This document shows, piece by piece, positions 32,058 through 45,079 of a stretch of 64,000 nucleotides of DNA. The stretch spans positions 39,370,001-39,434,000 of the forward strand of contig OX597840.1 of NCBI GenBank assembly GCA_951406725.2, read 5' to 3'. Numbering within the stretch: position 1 is the stretch's first letter; every line of letters begins with the position of its first letter. The notes under the pieces were generated by a model. The model ran no database searches and was not told where the DNA came from. It saw only the letters and a program-made list of their open reading frames with translations. The DNA comes from Octopus vulgaris (lineage: Eukaryota). Position numbers and translations under genes: made by a program.

Positions 32058-32795
32058 GCTTCTGTTGCTGTAATGTTTTCTTCTGTATACATCATTTTTT
32101 TTTTACTTCAATTCAAATCATCTTCCCACCTCATTAGCGCCTATAATTGGTCCTGATATGGGTTTAGTACTTGGACACGTCAAGAATAAAAGATTGTTTG
32201 TTTGTTTTCTTTTATGTTTATTTTTTTCCTCTCTTTTTTTTGCGTGAAACCTACATTGAAATTTTCTCACTATTAACTCCCAGGAAACATGAATGGCCAG
32301 AAATGTTGTTTCCTTCTTTTATTTCTTGTGTTTCATTTTGTTTTGTTTTGTTTGGTCTTCAATATAGCATTCCACTTCCTTGGAAACGGAAATGTAGCGC
32401 AATAACAAATTTAAACCGACTTTATAACATAACGTCACAAATTGTCTTAACCGAAATCAAACAATCAGGATAAATCGTATACACTTTTGCAATATCTGTG
32501 GATTTTTTCTTACTTTATCTTTCATTTATGCCTCACTCTGTCTCTCAATTTCACTCTTTATCTTTTTCTATATACCTAAATCTCTCTGTCTCTCTCTCTC
32601 TTTCACACGATATATATATATATATATGTGTGTGTATGTGTGTGTGTGTGTTTGTGTGTGTTTGTGTGTGTTTGTGTGTGCGTGTAGATATATATATAGA
32701 TTGATAGATAGACAGACAGATAGACAGACAGATAGGTAAATAGATAGGTAGCTAGCTAGCTAGCCAGCTAGCTAGATAGATAGATAGATAAATAA

Positions 32796-32881
<86 letters not shown>

Positions 32882-32979
32882 GGATAGATAGATGGATAGG
32901 TGGATGGATGGATGGATGGATGGATGGATGGCTAGATAAATATATAGACAAATATATATGTTCACGTGACACTATAAAC

Positions 32980-33320
32980 ACACTGAACAATGTTAACACT
33001 AGCGGCCTAGAAATTGTTAAAAAACTAGAGATTGATGATAGATCTGAACCATATACACCTATGAAGCCTAGTATCACCCTTAATGATCACAAAATCAATT
33101 TCTTAAATAATCCTTCTGTACGACTAATTTCCCCCCTTCATCAGATAAGGCCGGATTATTAAGGCTATCATAGATAGGGTCACAACCATGCCCATATCAA
33201 AGTTATGGTTGGCGCTGTGGTCTGACACACGCTAAGTAATAGATTGTTTCAAGCATCTTGATATTAGCTTGAATAGTAAACTCCTTCAATTTGATATAGA
33301 TAATTATTACACCACAGTTA
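32980..33320 (+). pseudogene. Penelope-like element reverse transcriptase fragment
   Basis: [29 protein letters not shown] and LWSDTR*VIDCFK..KLLQFDIDNYY match the PLE RT motifs ITLKDHK.NF...RLINP and W......WF...QFDI..FYPSI. Confidence 0.85.
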
Positions 33321-33962
33321 ATTCCATCATTCGCAACAAAGCACTGATATAATTCTTACGCCTAGGGATACATTGATAGATTTTGATGATAATATCTGGG
33401 ATGATACACCCGACGCCTTTAACATGTGCTTCATGTGTCGGTGTTGATGTGATCTCTGTATGTGTCTGGGTGGGTGTATCTTTGCGCCTGAGGCATGTTT
33501 GCAGCTATGTTTCTGTACGTGTGTATAGCTGTGTGTTGTGCGATTTACTGACATATATACCTGTGTTGGTGTGCCCTTGCTTGTGCTCACGACTAATTAT
33601 TAATATGTGTGTCTGTATGTCTTTGCATTGATTTAAAGGTTTACAGGTGCGCGTCTGTTTGTCAGTGCAGCTGTCTAACTGTTAAAATCTCCCAATACAG
33701 CAAAACACGAATCTACGTCTCCCAGCTAAAAACCTTATTACCCCACCTGAGGGCTCTTCTATGAACTGTGCCTTGTATCTGGTGTTATTGCATCGTCCCA
33801 CGCCCAGAAGGGAGCAGCAATGCAATCTTGAAGATGAAACAATTGTTGTGGTGATATAAATTTTTCTTTGTTGGTACATTCCGTTTTCCCTTTTAAACTT
33901 TATTATATACATGTATGTATATATGTATTTGAGTGTAAATGTACGAATCTATGTATGTATTG

Positions 33963-34215
33963 TGTTGTGTCTGGGGAGAGTTATTTTATGTTTGTGCCTT
34001 ATTATGTAACACACTCACAGCTAAAAATTCCACTTAATTCTTTTTATTTTATTATCCTAGGAAAATGAAACTAAGAATTAAGTGGAAATTTTACCAGTGA
34101 GTGTGTTACATTATAAGGCATAAAAAGAAAACGACTCTCCCCAGACACAACAGAATATGCTTCAACACACGAACTCATATAAAGAATCTTGCAAACCAAA
34201 TCCAAAAACGAAATA
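33963..34215. mobile_element. Fold-back copy of family 7 unit (arms about 33963-34058 / 34059-34152, apex CCTAGG)
   Basis: TGTTGTGTCTGGGGAGAG...CCACTTAATTCTT versus AAGAATTAAGTGG...CTCTCCCCAGACACAACA; the right arm continues to the family 3' end seen at 47455. Confidence 0.85.
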
Positions 34216-34269
34216 TGTTTTTATGTTTACGTATCTATATGTGTTTGAGTGTGTGTATATTTGTATATT

Positions 34270-34450
34270 TGTTTGCCCCCGTACTACTACTCGACAGTCG
34301 GTGTTGGTTTGTGTATATCCCCATAACCTCACAACTCGGCAAAATAGACCAATAAAATATGTACCAAGATTTAATAACTGATCACAGGGATAGATTTAAA
34401 TCAACGTGTACCTTCCCATCAGACTTGCTGGTCTTGTGCCAAAATACAAA
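34270..34450 (+). mobile_element. Degenerate SINE-A 3' body carrying the type-2 tail
   Basis: CGACAGTCGGTGTTGGTTTGTG..CGGCAAAATAGACC body followed by GCTGGTCTTGTGCCAAAAT. Confidence 0.55.
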
Positions 34451-35692
34451 CAATTCTTTGAATTCGTGTACGGTCTAATGTAACGTATTTAGAGTTCTAT
34501 TCTTTGAAGTTTTTGATCATGGATTCATTTATTTACTGGTTAGCATGTATTTGCCTCATACGATACATTTCACGTATGCAATGAGAATAGACAGAGAACT
34601 CGTTCTATTGCTTGTGTTGTTTTGGGTTTGTATTGTTGTGGCTTGACTGAAGATTGTTTGATTAAACGATGTTGAAAACTAACGTTAAAGAAAGACCTAG
34701 AAATCTATTTGTACTAATTCTGGACATTCAGAAAAAACTTCATACATATATATAACATACATATATATAACAGACTTCATACATATATATACCATATATA
34801 TATATATATATAACGATATCATCTCTAGATATAAACAGTATCATAGAAGGTAACGGCTGCAAAACGTCCGTTTACATCAAAGATGCAGGTGAGTGCGTTT
34901 ATTTGTATGGAAATTGAAGAATGTTCAGACACACAGAAACAAACTTCAATGATAAAAACCTATATTTAGAAGAACATTCGCATCCAACTCCACAAACGGG
35001 GAACAAGACAATGATATCCACAGCATAAAGAAAACTTTGATACACAATGGCTATTCTCACGAACAAATATACCGTGTTGTACTGCAATACGAATTTTATC
35101 CAAAAAGAAACTGAACTTTTAAAAGCGTACGCTTTTCAGCCGGAGATTTACGGCTGTAGTTCTGTATTCGGATGACCTTGAACTTCAGTCTAACAATTGT
35201 CTCATCAATAAACGTCAATTAGTTATCGATCTTCCACTGTATGAATGGTCGGTGTATTTGGTCATGTGTCGTAAGGCGAACAATGCAGGCTTTGTAAGAG
35301 CAGCGAATTATGAGAATTTCTGCTTCAATTTCTGCAGAGATTTTTCTACAGACATTTCTCTTTCTGAGACTCTCCAGTGACGAAACTTTGTTGAAGAGAC
35401 ATCGATGTGCGGGAAAGAAGTTCAATCTTTAGCCACATAGATTTGATTTCAGTTCCATTGGGCGGCATTATGAACAAGTAGATTTTAATATATCCACGGA
35501 CCGACTGATGAATGTTGAAAGTATTTAGTAGACGAAAACTATGCGGAGGCCCGTTGTATACATATATACAAGCATACACACATATGCACACACATATATA
35601 CATGCATACACATATACACACTCACATACATATACATATGTATGCTTTATACTTTATATTTTTCTTCGATTACTTCATATATTTACGTGTAC

Positions 35693-35730
<38 letters not shown>

Positions 35731-35823
35731 GGAGAGAGAGAGAGAGAAATAGATAGATAGATAGATATAGATATATATTTGTATAACTATGTTTATATTT
35801 ATATATCCGTATATATTTACACG

Positions 35824-36040
35824 GATATATCATGGCAGTCGTCATGATATATCGGTGGCCACTATACACATTTTTTCTCTCCTTGTTTCTCTCCTTGTTT
35901 TTTTCTGTGTCCCTTTCTGTAGAAGAGCGTAGGCTCGAAACGTAAAAGACTATTTCAATTCTTGAGCGTTATACTAATACATATGTTTGTTTTGAACACC
36001 AACTGTCCTCGTCTTTTGTTTTTTTTCGTGAACTCTCCCC

Positions 36041-36041
<1 letters not shown>
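35824..36041 (+). mobile_element. Hammerhead-bearing unit, family 5 (best copy); motif at 35913-35948 with A6U core
   Basis: CTTT-CTGTAGA-A-GAGC-GTAG-GCTC-GAA-ACGT-A-AAAG; 5' end is a small inversion GATATATCATGG/TCATGATATATC; 3' end GAACTCTCCCC then a TA tract. Confidence 0.75.
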
Positions 36042-36088
<47 letters not shown>

Positions 36089-36894
36089 CATGCATTCATC
36101 CATCCCTACATACATGCATACATAGAAATATACATACATATGGTGATCTCTCAGTTTTCGGCTACCAAATCTACTTACAAGGCACTGGTGAGCCTATAAC
36201 GCCTATAACTCAGGGAGACGCTTGCCGTGCAGTAAAGTTAAACCCGAAACCACGTAGTTGCAAAGCAAATATCTTAAACACGCAGCCATACCTGGGTCGC
36301 CACGTATTATTTCTATTTGGAGCCAACCAAGAATTTATTCCTCTCTTATATAAAATCCCCTAGTTATATATCTCCCTATTTAATCATTAACGTAAGCGAA
36401 AATACAAGAGGCATTTTATCGCTCTGAGTCCCTATAAAAAATTCAACGATTTATTATTTTCAAAATGCATCTCTTTATCATATAACCATCACACACAGCA
36501 TTTTCTTTCTGTTTTCATATAAACGCATTTTCTCTCTACCTAATTTAAATCTGCTGACGGTTCTTATTCCAGAAACGCTTTCCTTCATTAATGTCTTTTC
36601 TTCTTTTTTCGTTCCTTCTTTCTTATTCTTTCCTCCATTTTCTATTTTTGTTTTCATAATACAGGCTTTCATTGCACCTATACTTTTCTTCTTTTTCAAC
36701 TTCCTTATCTCTTTTCTCTCCATATTCTTTCCTCTCCCAAACCTCTCCACATATAATAGACATAATTTTTATGTTCTTTTATACTATCTTTCTTCCCAAT
36801 AAAAGGTACATAACATATTCAAGACACACACGCACACACACACATGCATACACTCACACGCACATACACACACATATTTATATATATATATTAT

Positions 36895-36937
<43 letters not shown>

Positions 36938-37209
36938 TTTACATATGTATATATCAATATATATATGTAAACATATACATATATATAGATTTATATACAT
37001 ATATATGTATATACATATCTATATATATATATATCTATATATGTATTATATGTATGTATGCATATATATATATATATATACACATATATATAAATATATA
37101 TATATATATCAATATATATACACACATATACGTAATTCATATATGCATATATAAACATGGATATATATAAATAATCATATACATATGTATGCATATATAT
37201 ATATACATG

Positions 37210-37264
<55 letters not shown>

Positions 37265-37325
37265 TTATATGTAAGTGTGTGTTTGGAGTGCATATACGTA
37301 TACATATATATATATATACACACAT

Positions 37326-37361
<36 letters not shown>

Positions 37362-37769
37362 GAATACATATAATTTATGCATACATGTAGATATGTATAT
37401 CTTTGGCATATGATGATTATGGGAACGTGATCGAGAACTCATATGTGTGTAGATTTTAAATTATACACATGTGTGTGTGTGTATAAGGGAGGTTTAATGT
37501 AGTCCTTTGTGAGAAATTTTCAACTTCATCAAATGCATATATCATCATTAAATGAGATATATTTGGTGACAGATCTAAATTATAACCCTGATGAGGGAGC
37601 CATCAATCTTCCCGTTATGCACGTCACTTACTGATCAGAAACTTGTTTACTATATTTTATATGACATCTACTCATCTCATCTGGATGTATATTGGAAAAT
37701 TCTCGATCGCGTGCATGCGAGTGTGCTTGTGTGTGTATGTGTGCGTGTGTGTACATGAAGATATATGTG

Positions 37770-37854
<85 letters not shown>

Positions 37855-37952
37855 ATGTGAGTGTACACTTATATGTGTAGGTATACACTTGCACATACTA
37901 CACAGAGGATAAATGAAAAAATATATATATATAAGTGCTTATAATAAATAAT

Positions 37953-38002
<50 letters not shown>

Positions 38003-38053
38003 GGATATATTTGTGTGTACGAATATAGATATATATACATACATATATATATG

Positions 38054-38098
<45 letters not shown>

Positions 38099-38211
38099 GT
38101 ATGTATATATATATATATATATATATACATATATACAAACATATATGTATATATATATGCATGTATATATATATATATATATATACATATATACATATAT
38201 GTATAGATATG

Positions 38212-38271
<60 letters not shown>

Positions 38272-38326
38272 AACATATATGTACTTATATACATGCATGT
38301 ATAGATACTGTATAGATATGTATATG

Positions 38327-38377
<51 letters not shown>

Positions 38378-38514
38378 TTATATATATATGTGTTTGCGTG
38401 TTCATAGAAGTACATATGAACATATATATATATGGATGTGTGTACATATGTGTATATATGTATATATACATATATATATGCATACATGTGTATGTATATA
38501 TATTATTTCAAACA

Positions 38515-38675
38515 AGACTAAAGGAAACCATGATGTTCCTCTGGAGGACTTTCGTTCACAGCCGCCCGGATTGTAGCTCCCTACTCTCGTCACCAAAGTG
38601 TATAAAATTAAAAATGCAACTGGAGGCTTTGCTAGGAAACTACACGAAGAAAATTGATACAATGCAACATATCAG
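38515..38675 (+). mobile_element. CR1-group LINE ORF2 fragment
   Basis: KETMMFLWRTFVHSRPDCSSLLSSP..LEALLGNYTKKIDTM, homologous to 44380-44470. Confidence 0.75.
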
Positions 38676-38944
38676 CCAGATTCCTTGCAAAAAATTACAC
38701 AACATAGACCACTTTCTACAGCAAATTCAAAACAAGTGTATATTCATAAATAAAGCTTTATCTAATCATCCCTTTATTTTGTGATTTTACATCCATTGTA
38801 CCCTTCTTGCTAACCCATCATCACGCAACTCTTCTTCAAAATCAACCCGGTATCTTTCCACCGCTCCGAAAGGAGCAGTATCGCCCACTTTGAGAACCTC
38901 TGCTTTATATCACATCCTGTATATTACTAGTGTATATATACACT

Positions 38945-39347
38945 TCTCTTTTCTCTTTTACTTGCTTCAGTTATTTGACTGCGGCTATGCTGGAGCAAAT
39001 CGACCCCGGCACTTATTCTTTGTAAGCCCAGTACTTTCTATCGGGCTCTTTTTGCCGAACCGCTAAGTGACGGGGACGTAAACACACCAACATCGGTTGT
39101 CAAGCAATGCTAGGGAGACAAACACAGACACACAAACACATACACACACACACAAACATATATATATATATATACACATATACGTCAGGCTTCTTTCAGT
39201 TTCCGTCTACCAAATCCACTCACAGCTCGGATTTGGGGGCTCGGGGTTTTAGCAGAAGCCATTTGCCCAAGATGCCACGCGGTGGGACTCAACCCGGAAC
39301 CATGAGGTTGGTTAGCAAGCTACTTACCACACAGCCACTCCTGCGCC
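38945..39347 (-). mobile_element. Full-length SINE-A
   Basis: Head, body and tail match 26763-27168. Confidence 0.9.
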
Positions 39348-39380
39348 TACTGCTGCATATATACATATGGTTATGTGGCT

Positions 39381-39717
39381 GGTGACCCCCTTCGGTTAGA
39401 CACTGACCATGGATTTGCACCTAGATTGTTACCCTCTGAGGCACAAGTCCGGGTAAGGTTGATGTTTTTATGGAAGACCAGTTGTCGCCCATGCATACCG
39501 GCCTCCCCTCTCAACGTCACCGATGTTGTCCAAGGGAAAGGCAAGGGCCGATACAGCTTGGCACCTTTGACGTCGCAACTCATTTCTACAGCTGAGTGAA
39601 CTGGAGCAACGTGAAATAAAGTGTCTTGCTCAAGAACACAACACGCAGCCCGGTCCGGGATTCGAGCTCAACCTCACGATCGTAAGCTCGACGCTCTAAC
39701 CACTGAGCCACGCGCCT
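39381..39717 (-). mobile_element. Full-length SINE-C
   Basis: Minus head GGCGCGTGGCTCAGTGGTTAGAGCG..GAGCTCGAATCCC with A/B boxes. Confidence 0.88.
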
Positions 39718-40095
39718 TCATTCATATATACATATATACATATATATATAATATTTTAGGTACATATCTACGTGTGTTTATATATGCATACGTGTGCGCA
39801 CTTCTTTTAACGCAGGCGGAGTGATAAGTGATAAAATGTAACTCAGATATATTTTGAACCAGTTAACAGCAACGTGACCGTTAGACGCAGCATAAAACAA
39901 TTTAACACATGCAATGTTATATCTGCAAAGTTATTTTGAAGTAACATTCACACGAAATGTTGTGATGAATATAACATTTATAAGTTTTCCATAGTGGTGT
40001 TTAGCACATGGACATTAATATCATAGATGCCATCGAACATATTCGATGTACACTGACACCTCAAACGTATATAAACTCCCTTCATCATATCGTTC

Positions 40096-40490
40096 TGTGG
40101 CTGTGTAGTAAGTAGCTTGCTAACCAACCACATGGTTCCGGGTTCAGTCCCACTATGTGGCATCTTGGGCAAGTGTCTTCTGCTATAGCCCCGGGCCGAC
40201 CAATGCCTTGTGAGTGGATTTGGTAGACGGAAACTGAAAGAAGCCTGTCGTATATATGTATATATATATATATATGTGTGTGTGCGTGTGTGTGTTTGTC
40301 CCCCTAGTATTGCTTGACGACCGATGCTGGTGTGTTTACGTCCATGTCACTTAGCGGTTCGGCAAGAGAGACCGATAGAATAAGTACTGGGCTTACAAAG
40401 AATAAGTCCCGGGGTCGATTTGCTCGACTAAAAGGCAGTGCTCCAGCATGGCCGCAGTCAAATGACTGAAACAAGTAAAAGAGTAAAGAG
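40096..40490 (+). mobile_element. SINE-A, nearly full length
   Basis: Matches 26763-27168. Confidence 0.92.
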
Positions 40491-40574
40491 TATCTGTGCA
40501 AACGTTACTTATTAGTACGATGCCGTAAAGAGGTTAACTTTTTAAAAACTTCGCAAGGCGGATTGCTAGAGAAG

Positions 40575-40886
40575 GACCCGCCTTGTTCATGGATGACCAT
40601 GGGATTACACCTAGAAATTTACCCTCTGAGGCTCAAGTACGGACGAGGTTGTTTATGGAAGATCAGCAGTCACCCATGTTTACCAAATTCCTCTCTCCAC
40701 TTCATCTATGTTATCCAAGCGAAAGGCAAAAGGGGCCAGTGATGTCGCAAATCATTTCTACAGATGCGTGAAGTGGAGGAACTTGAAATAAAGTGTCTGG
40801 CTCAAGAACACAACACACAGCCCCGTCCCAGAATCGAACTCATTACCCCCCGATTGTGAGCCCAACATTCTAACCATTGAGCCATG
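40575..40886 (-). mobile_element. SINE-C copy
   Basis: Homologous to 39381-39717. Confidence 0.8.
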
Positions 40887-40962
40887 AGTTTCATGTCTTT
40901 CTAGATAAAGTATTGAAATGCATCAGATGACATTATTTTGTTTCTCGATATAAATCCTTAGT

Positions 40963-41400
40963 AGGCGGCGAGCTGGCAGAAACGTTAGCACGCCGGGCGA
41001 AATACGTAACCGTATTTCGTCTGCCTTTACGTTCTGAGATCAAATCCCGCCGAAGTCAACTTTGCCATTCATCCCTTCGGGGTTCATAAATTAAGTACCA
41101 GTTGCGTACTGGTGTCCATCTAATCGACTGGCCCCTTCCCCAAAATTTCGGGCTTTGTGCCTGAGGAGAAAAGAATATTCCTTAGGGCAGCGAGCTGCCA
41201 GAAACGTAAGCACGCTGGACGATATATTTAGCAATACTTCCTCTGACTTTACGTACTGAGATCAAATTCCACCGAGGTCAACTCTTCCATTTATCCTTTC
41301 GGGGTCGATAAATTAAGTAGCAATTGCCTACTGGAGTCACACTAATCGACTGGCCCCTCTCCCAAAATTTATGTCCTTGTACCTAGAGTAGAAAAGATTA
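40963..41400 (+). mobile_element. Two head-to-tail SINE-B copies, tail type 2
   Basis: Heads at 40963 and about 41185; tails CTAATCGACTGGCCCC..CTTGTGCCT.GAG.AGAAAAGA. Confidence 0.88.
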
Positions 41401-41694
41401 TAAACCATTAGAGAAAAAAAAAAACATAAGTCAATGGTGTCCATTTACTTTTGGGTTTCTTGTGTATCTGTTGGCTTTTGTCTTTCACTTCTTTCAGTAT
41501 TTAGACTGCTGCCATGCTGGGGCACCACCTAGAACATTAGTAGTCGAACGAGTCCACCGCAATACCTACTTCTTTAAAGTCTGTTAGTTATTCTGCCGAT
41601 GCTTTTCCCGAACCGCTAACCTCCTAGGACGTACACGTATATATGTAAGATCCGGGGACCAAGATACAGAAAGATATAGAAAGGGAAGGAGGGA

Positions 41695-41850
41695 GACGAT
41701 TACATCAAGTCCATGTTCAACTCCCAACTTTATCGAACCCCGAAAGGGTGAAAACAACATTGACCTCCATGGAATTTGAACTCAGAACGTAAGGACGGAC
41801 GAAATGCCGCTACGCCTTTTAGCCAGCATTTGTAACGTTTCTGCCAACAC
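41695..41850 (-). mobile_element. Degenerate SINE-B, next to a SINE-A tail fragment at about 41490-41635
   Basis: GGAATTTGAACTCAGAACGTAA..GTTTCTGCCA. Confidence 0.7.
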
Positions 41851-42499
41851 GTGTTAGTAAATATATGAACATCTCTTGAAAAATACACCGTTTTTGCCAT
41901 CACAAATAAATGAAATAAATCAAAAAGAAACGTTAATAACGGTCTTCAAATTGTGTGTTGTAGGAATTAGATTTTTTTTTCTTGTGCGCAGAGGTTAGTT
42001 TTTACCGTTTTCACACAAGATCGCTTATGTGTGACAGATGAAATGATCCCGGACAGACGGTTGTGGTTGACAAGCATGTTCGATCAGGCAATAAACACAA
42101 ACTACACGAGTCTTGCTCCCAAGAGGTTCGACAATCTAAAACACTACATCATTTGCATTCCCTGTAAAGCTTAACCTACAATAATTACAGAGGGAAATGA
42201 ATCGTTACACAGATGTCAGTTTCACTAGCAAATCTCTGGGCAAGGTGCATTCATCCTGACCAGAGTGAAATCGTAAAAAAAACGCATATGATTAGCGTAT
42301 AAATGTTGGGTTGAAAATCGGCGTTTGGACAGCAATGGCCCGAGAGATTCTCGTGCAACACAAGACCACAGCTTTTGCAAGCGTAACAAGCGTTCTAGCA
42401 TAGGAACAATGCAATCCTTCAAATTTCATTATTTATTTTATTCTGTCTGACATTTTCTATCCAAAACATTTTTTGTAACCCCAAAATCGCCAATATTAA

Positions 42500-43165
42500 T
42501 GCGGCGATTTGGCAGAATCGTTATGCACGCTGTGCAAAATGATTTGCGGTATTTCATCCGCCTTTACTTTCTAAGTTCAAATTCCAGCGAGGTCGACTTT
42601 GCCTTTCATCCTTTCCGCGTCAATAAATAAATACCAATTGCGCACTGGGGTCGATCAAATCAACTTAATCCCTTTGTCAGTCGTTGTTTTTCCCCTATAT
42701 CTTTAGTCCTCTGTCGGCAATGAAGAAATATATAATTAACGTGGTGATTTGGCAGAATTGTTAGCACGCCGTGCAAAATGGTTTGCGGCGTTTCATCGAT
42801 TTTTACGTTCTGAGTTCAAATTCCGCTGAGGTCGACTTTGTCTTTCGTCTACTTGGGATCGATATAAGAAGTACCAGTTATGTACTGGGGGTCGATCTAA
42901 TAGTTTTACCTCCTTCCTCGAACTTGCTGACGTTGTGCCAAAATTTGAATCGAATATTAAGGCGCCAACTTGGCAGAATCTTTAACATGCCGGACTAAAT
43001 GTTTTGCGGTATTTCTGAGTTGAGATTCTGCAGAGGTCAGCTTTATCTTTCATCATTTGTGGAGACGATAGAATAAGAATTATTTTAGCACAAAGGTCGA
43101 TGAAATCGCCACGCCCCGCCACCCCGAAATTGGTGGTCTTGTGCCACAATTGGAAAACCAATATT
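42500..43165 (+). mobile_element. Three head-to-tail SINE-B copies (tail types 1, 2, 2)
   Basis: Heads (T)TGGCAGAAT at about 42509, 42749 and 42970, each preceded by ATTAA. Confidence 0.85.
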
Positions 43166-43934
43166 CACAAATGTTGACACGCTAATATTTGTAGCTTCAT
43201 CTGCTTCGAGTTTAACAGCTCCAAAAAATAATCACTTTGCCTCCTCTCGAAGATTCTAAATCTTTATGGATTCTACAGATTCTATAAATTCTTATCAAAT
43301 ACATAATTTGTCTCTTCTATGTAACAGTGTAACTTCACTGCAACGAAGAATTCAACATCAGGTTCTATGTGTGTGAAAGGAAATCTGTTTGTCTCATCAC
43401 GTAATATGTGAATGTGTGTATGAGCGTGTGAGCGTCTATTTGAACGTAAACAATAATTCTCACACGATAAAGACAGTAAGTTATGGAAGGGATTACTGAA
43501 ATCTGTAGAGCGCAGGATAAAAAAAGCATTTAGATATATTATCTATGTTATCACAATACGGGTTCAATGACACGTTTCCGTTGGATGAATGTCTGCAACA
43601 CGTTTCTCACTGGCGCAATGCAATTTTGATCGGATAATTGCGAAGGGAGAGTGTATGGAAATCAATTCAGAACAAACATGTCAACAGGTCCCAGTTATAA
43701 GTATAGTATACAGATAGACGGATATAAAAAGAAAGAAATTTAAAAAAGCAGAAAAGATGGTTGATTTAAATATGTAGTTTTGTGTGTGTGTGGGTGTGGG
43801 TGTGTGTGTGTACATGTTTATTTCCTTCTGAAGCACATGGTTCCGGATTCAGTGCCACCGCGTGACCCCTTCAGATGTTGCCGTCTATTATAACCTGGTG
43901 CCGAACAAAGCCTTATTTAGTGAGCTGAAATGAT

Positions 43935-44140
43935 TTGGTAAATTCAAATTGAGTGAAACGCCGCAAACCATTTTGCACAGCGTGCTAACAATTCTGCCAC
44001 AATGTCACATTAATTATTTACTTCTTTATTGCCCACAGGGGACAAACAAGGACTGAAAGAGGGATTAAGTCGATTACATCGACCCCAGTGCGTGACTGGT
44101 ACTTATTTAATCGACCCCAAAAGGATGAAAGTCGATCTCG
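43935..44140 (-). mobile_element. SINE-B tail-to-head junction fragment, inverted relative to 42640-42820
   Basis: Shares GGCAGAATTGTTAGCACG.TGTGCAAAATGGTTTGCGGCGTTTCA and the inter-copy spacer. Confidence 0.75.
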
Positions 44141-44144
44141 CTGT

Positions 44145-44770
44145 AGGCCTCACCTTAGATGAGACAGCTGGGAATTTTGGTACATAGGCGTCCATTTCGA
44201 GGTCTCATGCAACTTTCAGTTCCAAAGTTTGGTGCCAGCCGCTCCAATATCTTGCACACATATATCACTGCATACCTCCCCTCTCTTCGCTGCAGTCTCT
44301 TCCAGTAGCTCCGCTGTTCCAATTATGCAATCTTCCTCGTGTAGCATCGCTGAACTGCTTCAAGTTCTGCTACTAATCATACAGTATGAGGTGACCACCA
44401 TTGAGAGCAGTAGGTCGGACGGCTGAGGACAAATGTCCTCCATAGGATCATTATAGTTTCCTGGTCTTTTGTTCTGAATGCTCTCAGAATCCATCCGGCC
44501 ATTCGCCTGCACGCTGCCACCATCTTAATGACATGCATCTGAAACGTGGTATCGTTGCTCATATCAATCTCAAGATCACGCACCGTTTCTGATTCTAGGA
44601 TTTCCGTTCCTTTTCGTCCAAAGTATCGTTGCTGGGACTTCTCAGCACCAAATACCTGGTAGCGGAGGGCTTGCAATTTGTCTGCATTGTATTGCATGTT
44701 ATTGCCCTCAGCCTATTTGTATATAGCATCGAGGTCTTTCTGTAGAAGATTGGCACCAGGAGGTTCCTTG
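44145..44770 (-). mobile_element. CR1-group LINE ORF2 fragment (region downstream of the RT core)
   Basis: MQYNADKLQALRY..VRDLEIDMSND..FQMHV..AGWILRAFRTKDQETIMILWRTFVLSRPTYCSQWWSP, then a decayed EELLE/SERG region. Confidence 0.85.
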
Positions 44771-44798
44771 ACTGCTTGTATGCATCCATATATGTATT

Positions 44799-44842
<44 letters not shown>

Positions 44843-44891
44843 AACAGGCAGACAGACAGAAAGACAGATAGATACATAGATAGATAGATAC

Positions 44892-44939
<48 letters not shown>

Positions 44940-44943
44940 GTAA

Positions 44944-45079
<136 letters not shown>

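Noticed and set aside
37589-37625. CTGATGA-GGGAG..CTTCCC hammerhead-like start
   Set aside because: No GAAA after stem II and no convincing stems I or III.
38870-38902. hAT/Charlie-like terminus (CAGAGGTTCTCAAAGTGGG on minus; similar at 53719)
   Set aside because: No partner TIR or 8-bp TSD found.
39640-39717. tRNA-like sequence with A and B boxes
   Set aside because: No acceptor-stem closure; it continues into the SINE-C body, so it is a SINE head rather than a tRNA gene.
41970-42000. Pyrimidine tract-CAG-AG-GTTAGT (micro-exon or recursive splice site)
   Set aside because: Expected by chance in 64 kb and no supporting gene context.
40963-43165. Recurrent similar units that could suggest a CRISPR-like array
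   Set aside because: They are 200-bp SINE copies in eukaryotic DNA, with no constant repeat-spacer period and no cas genes.
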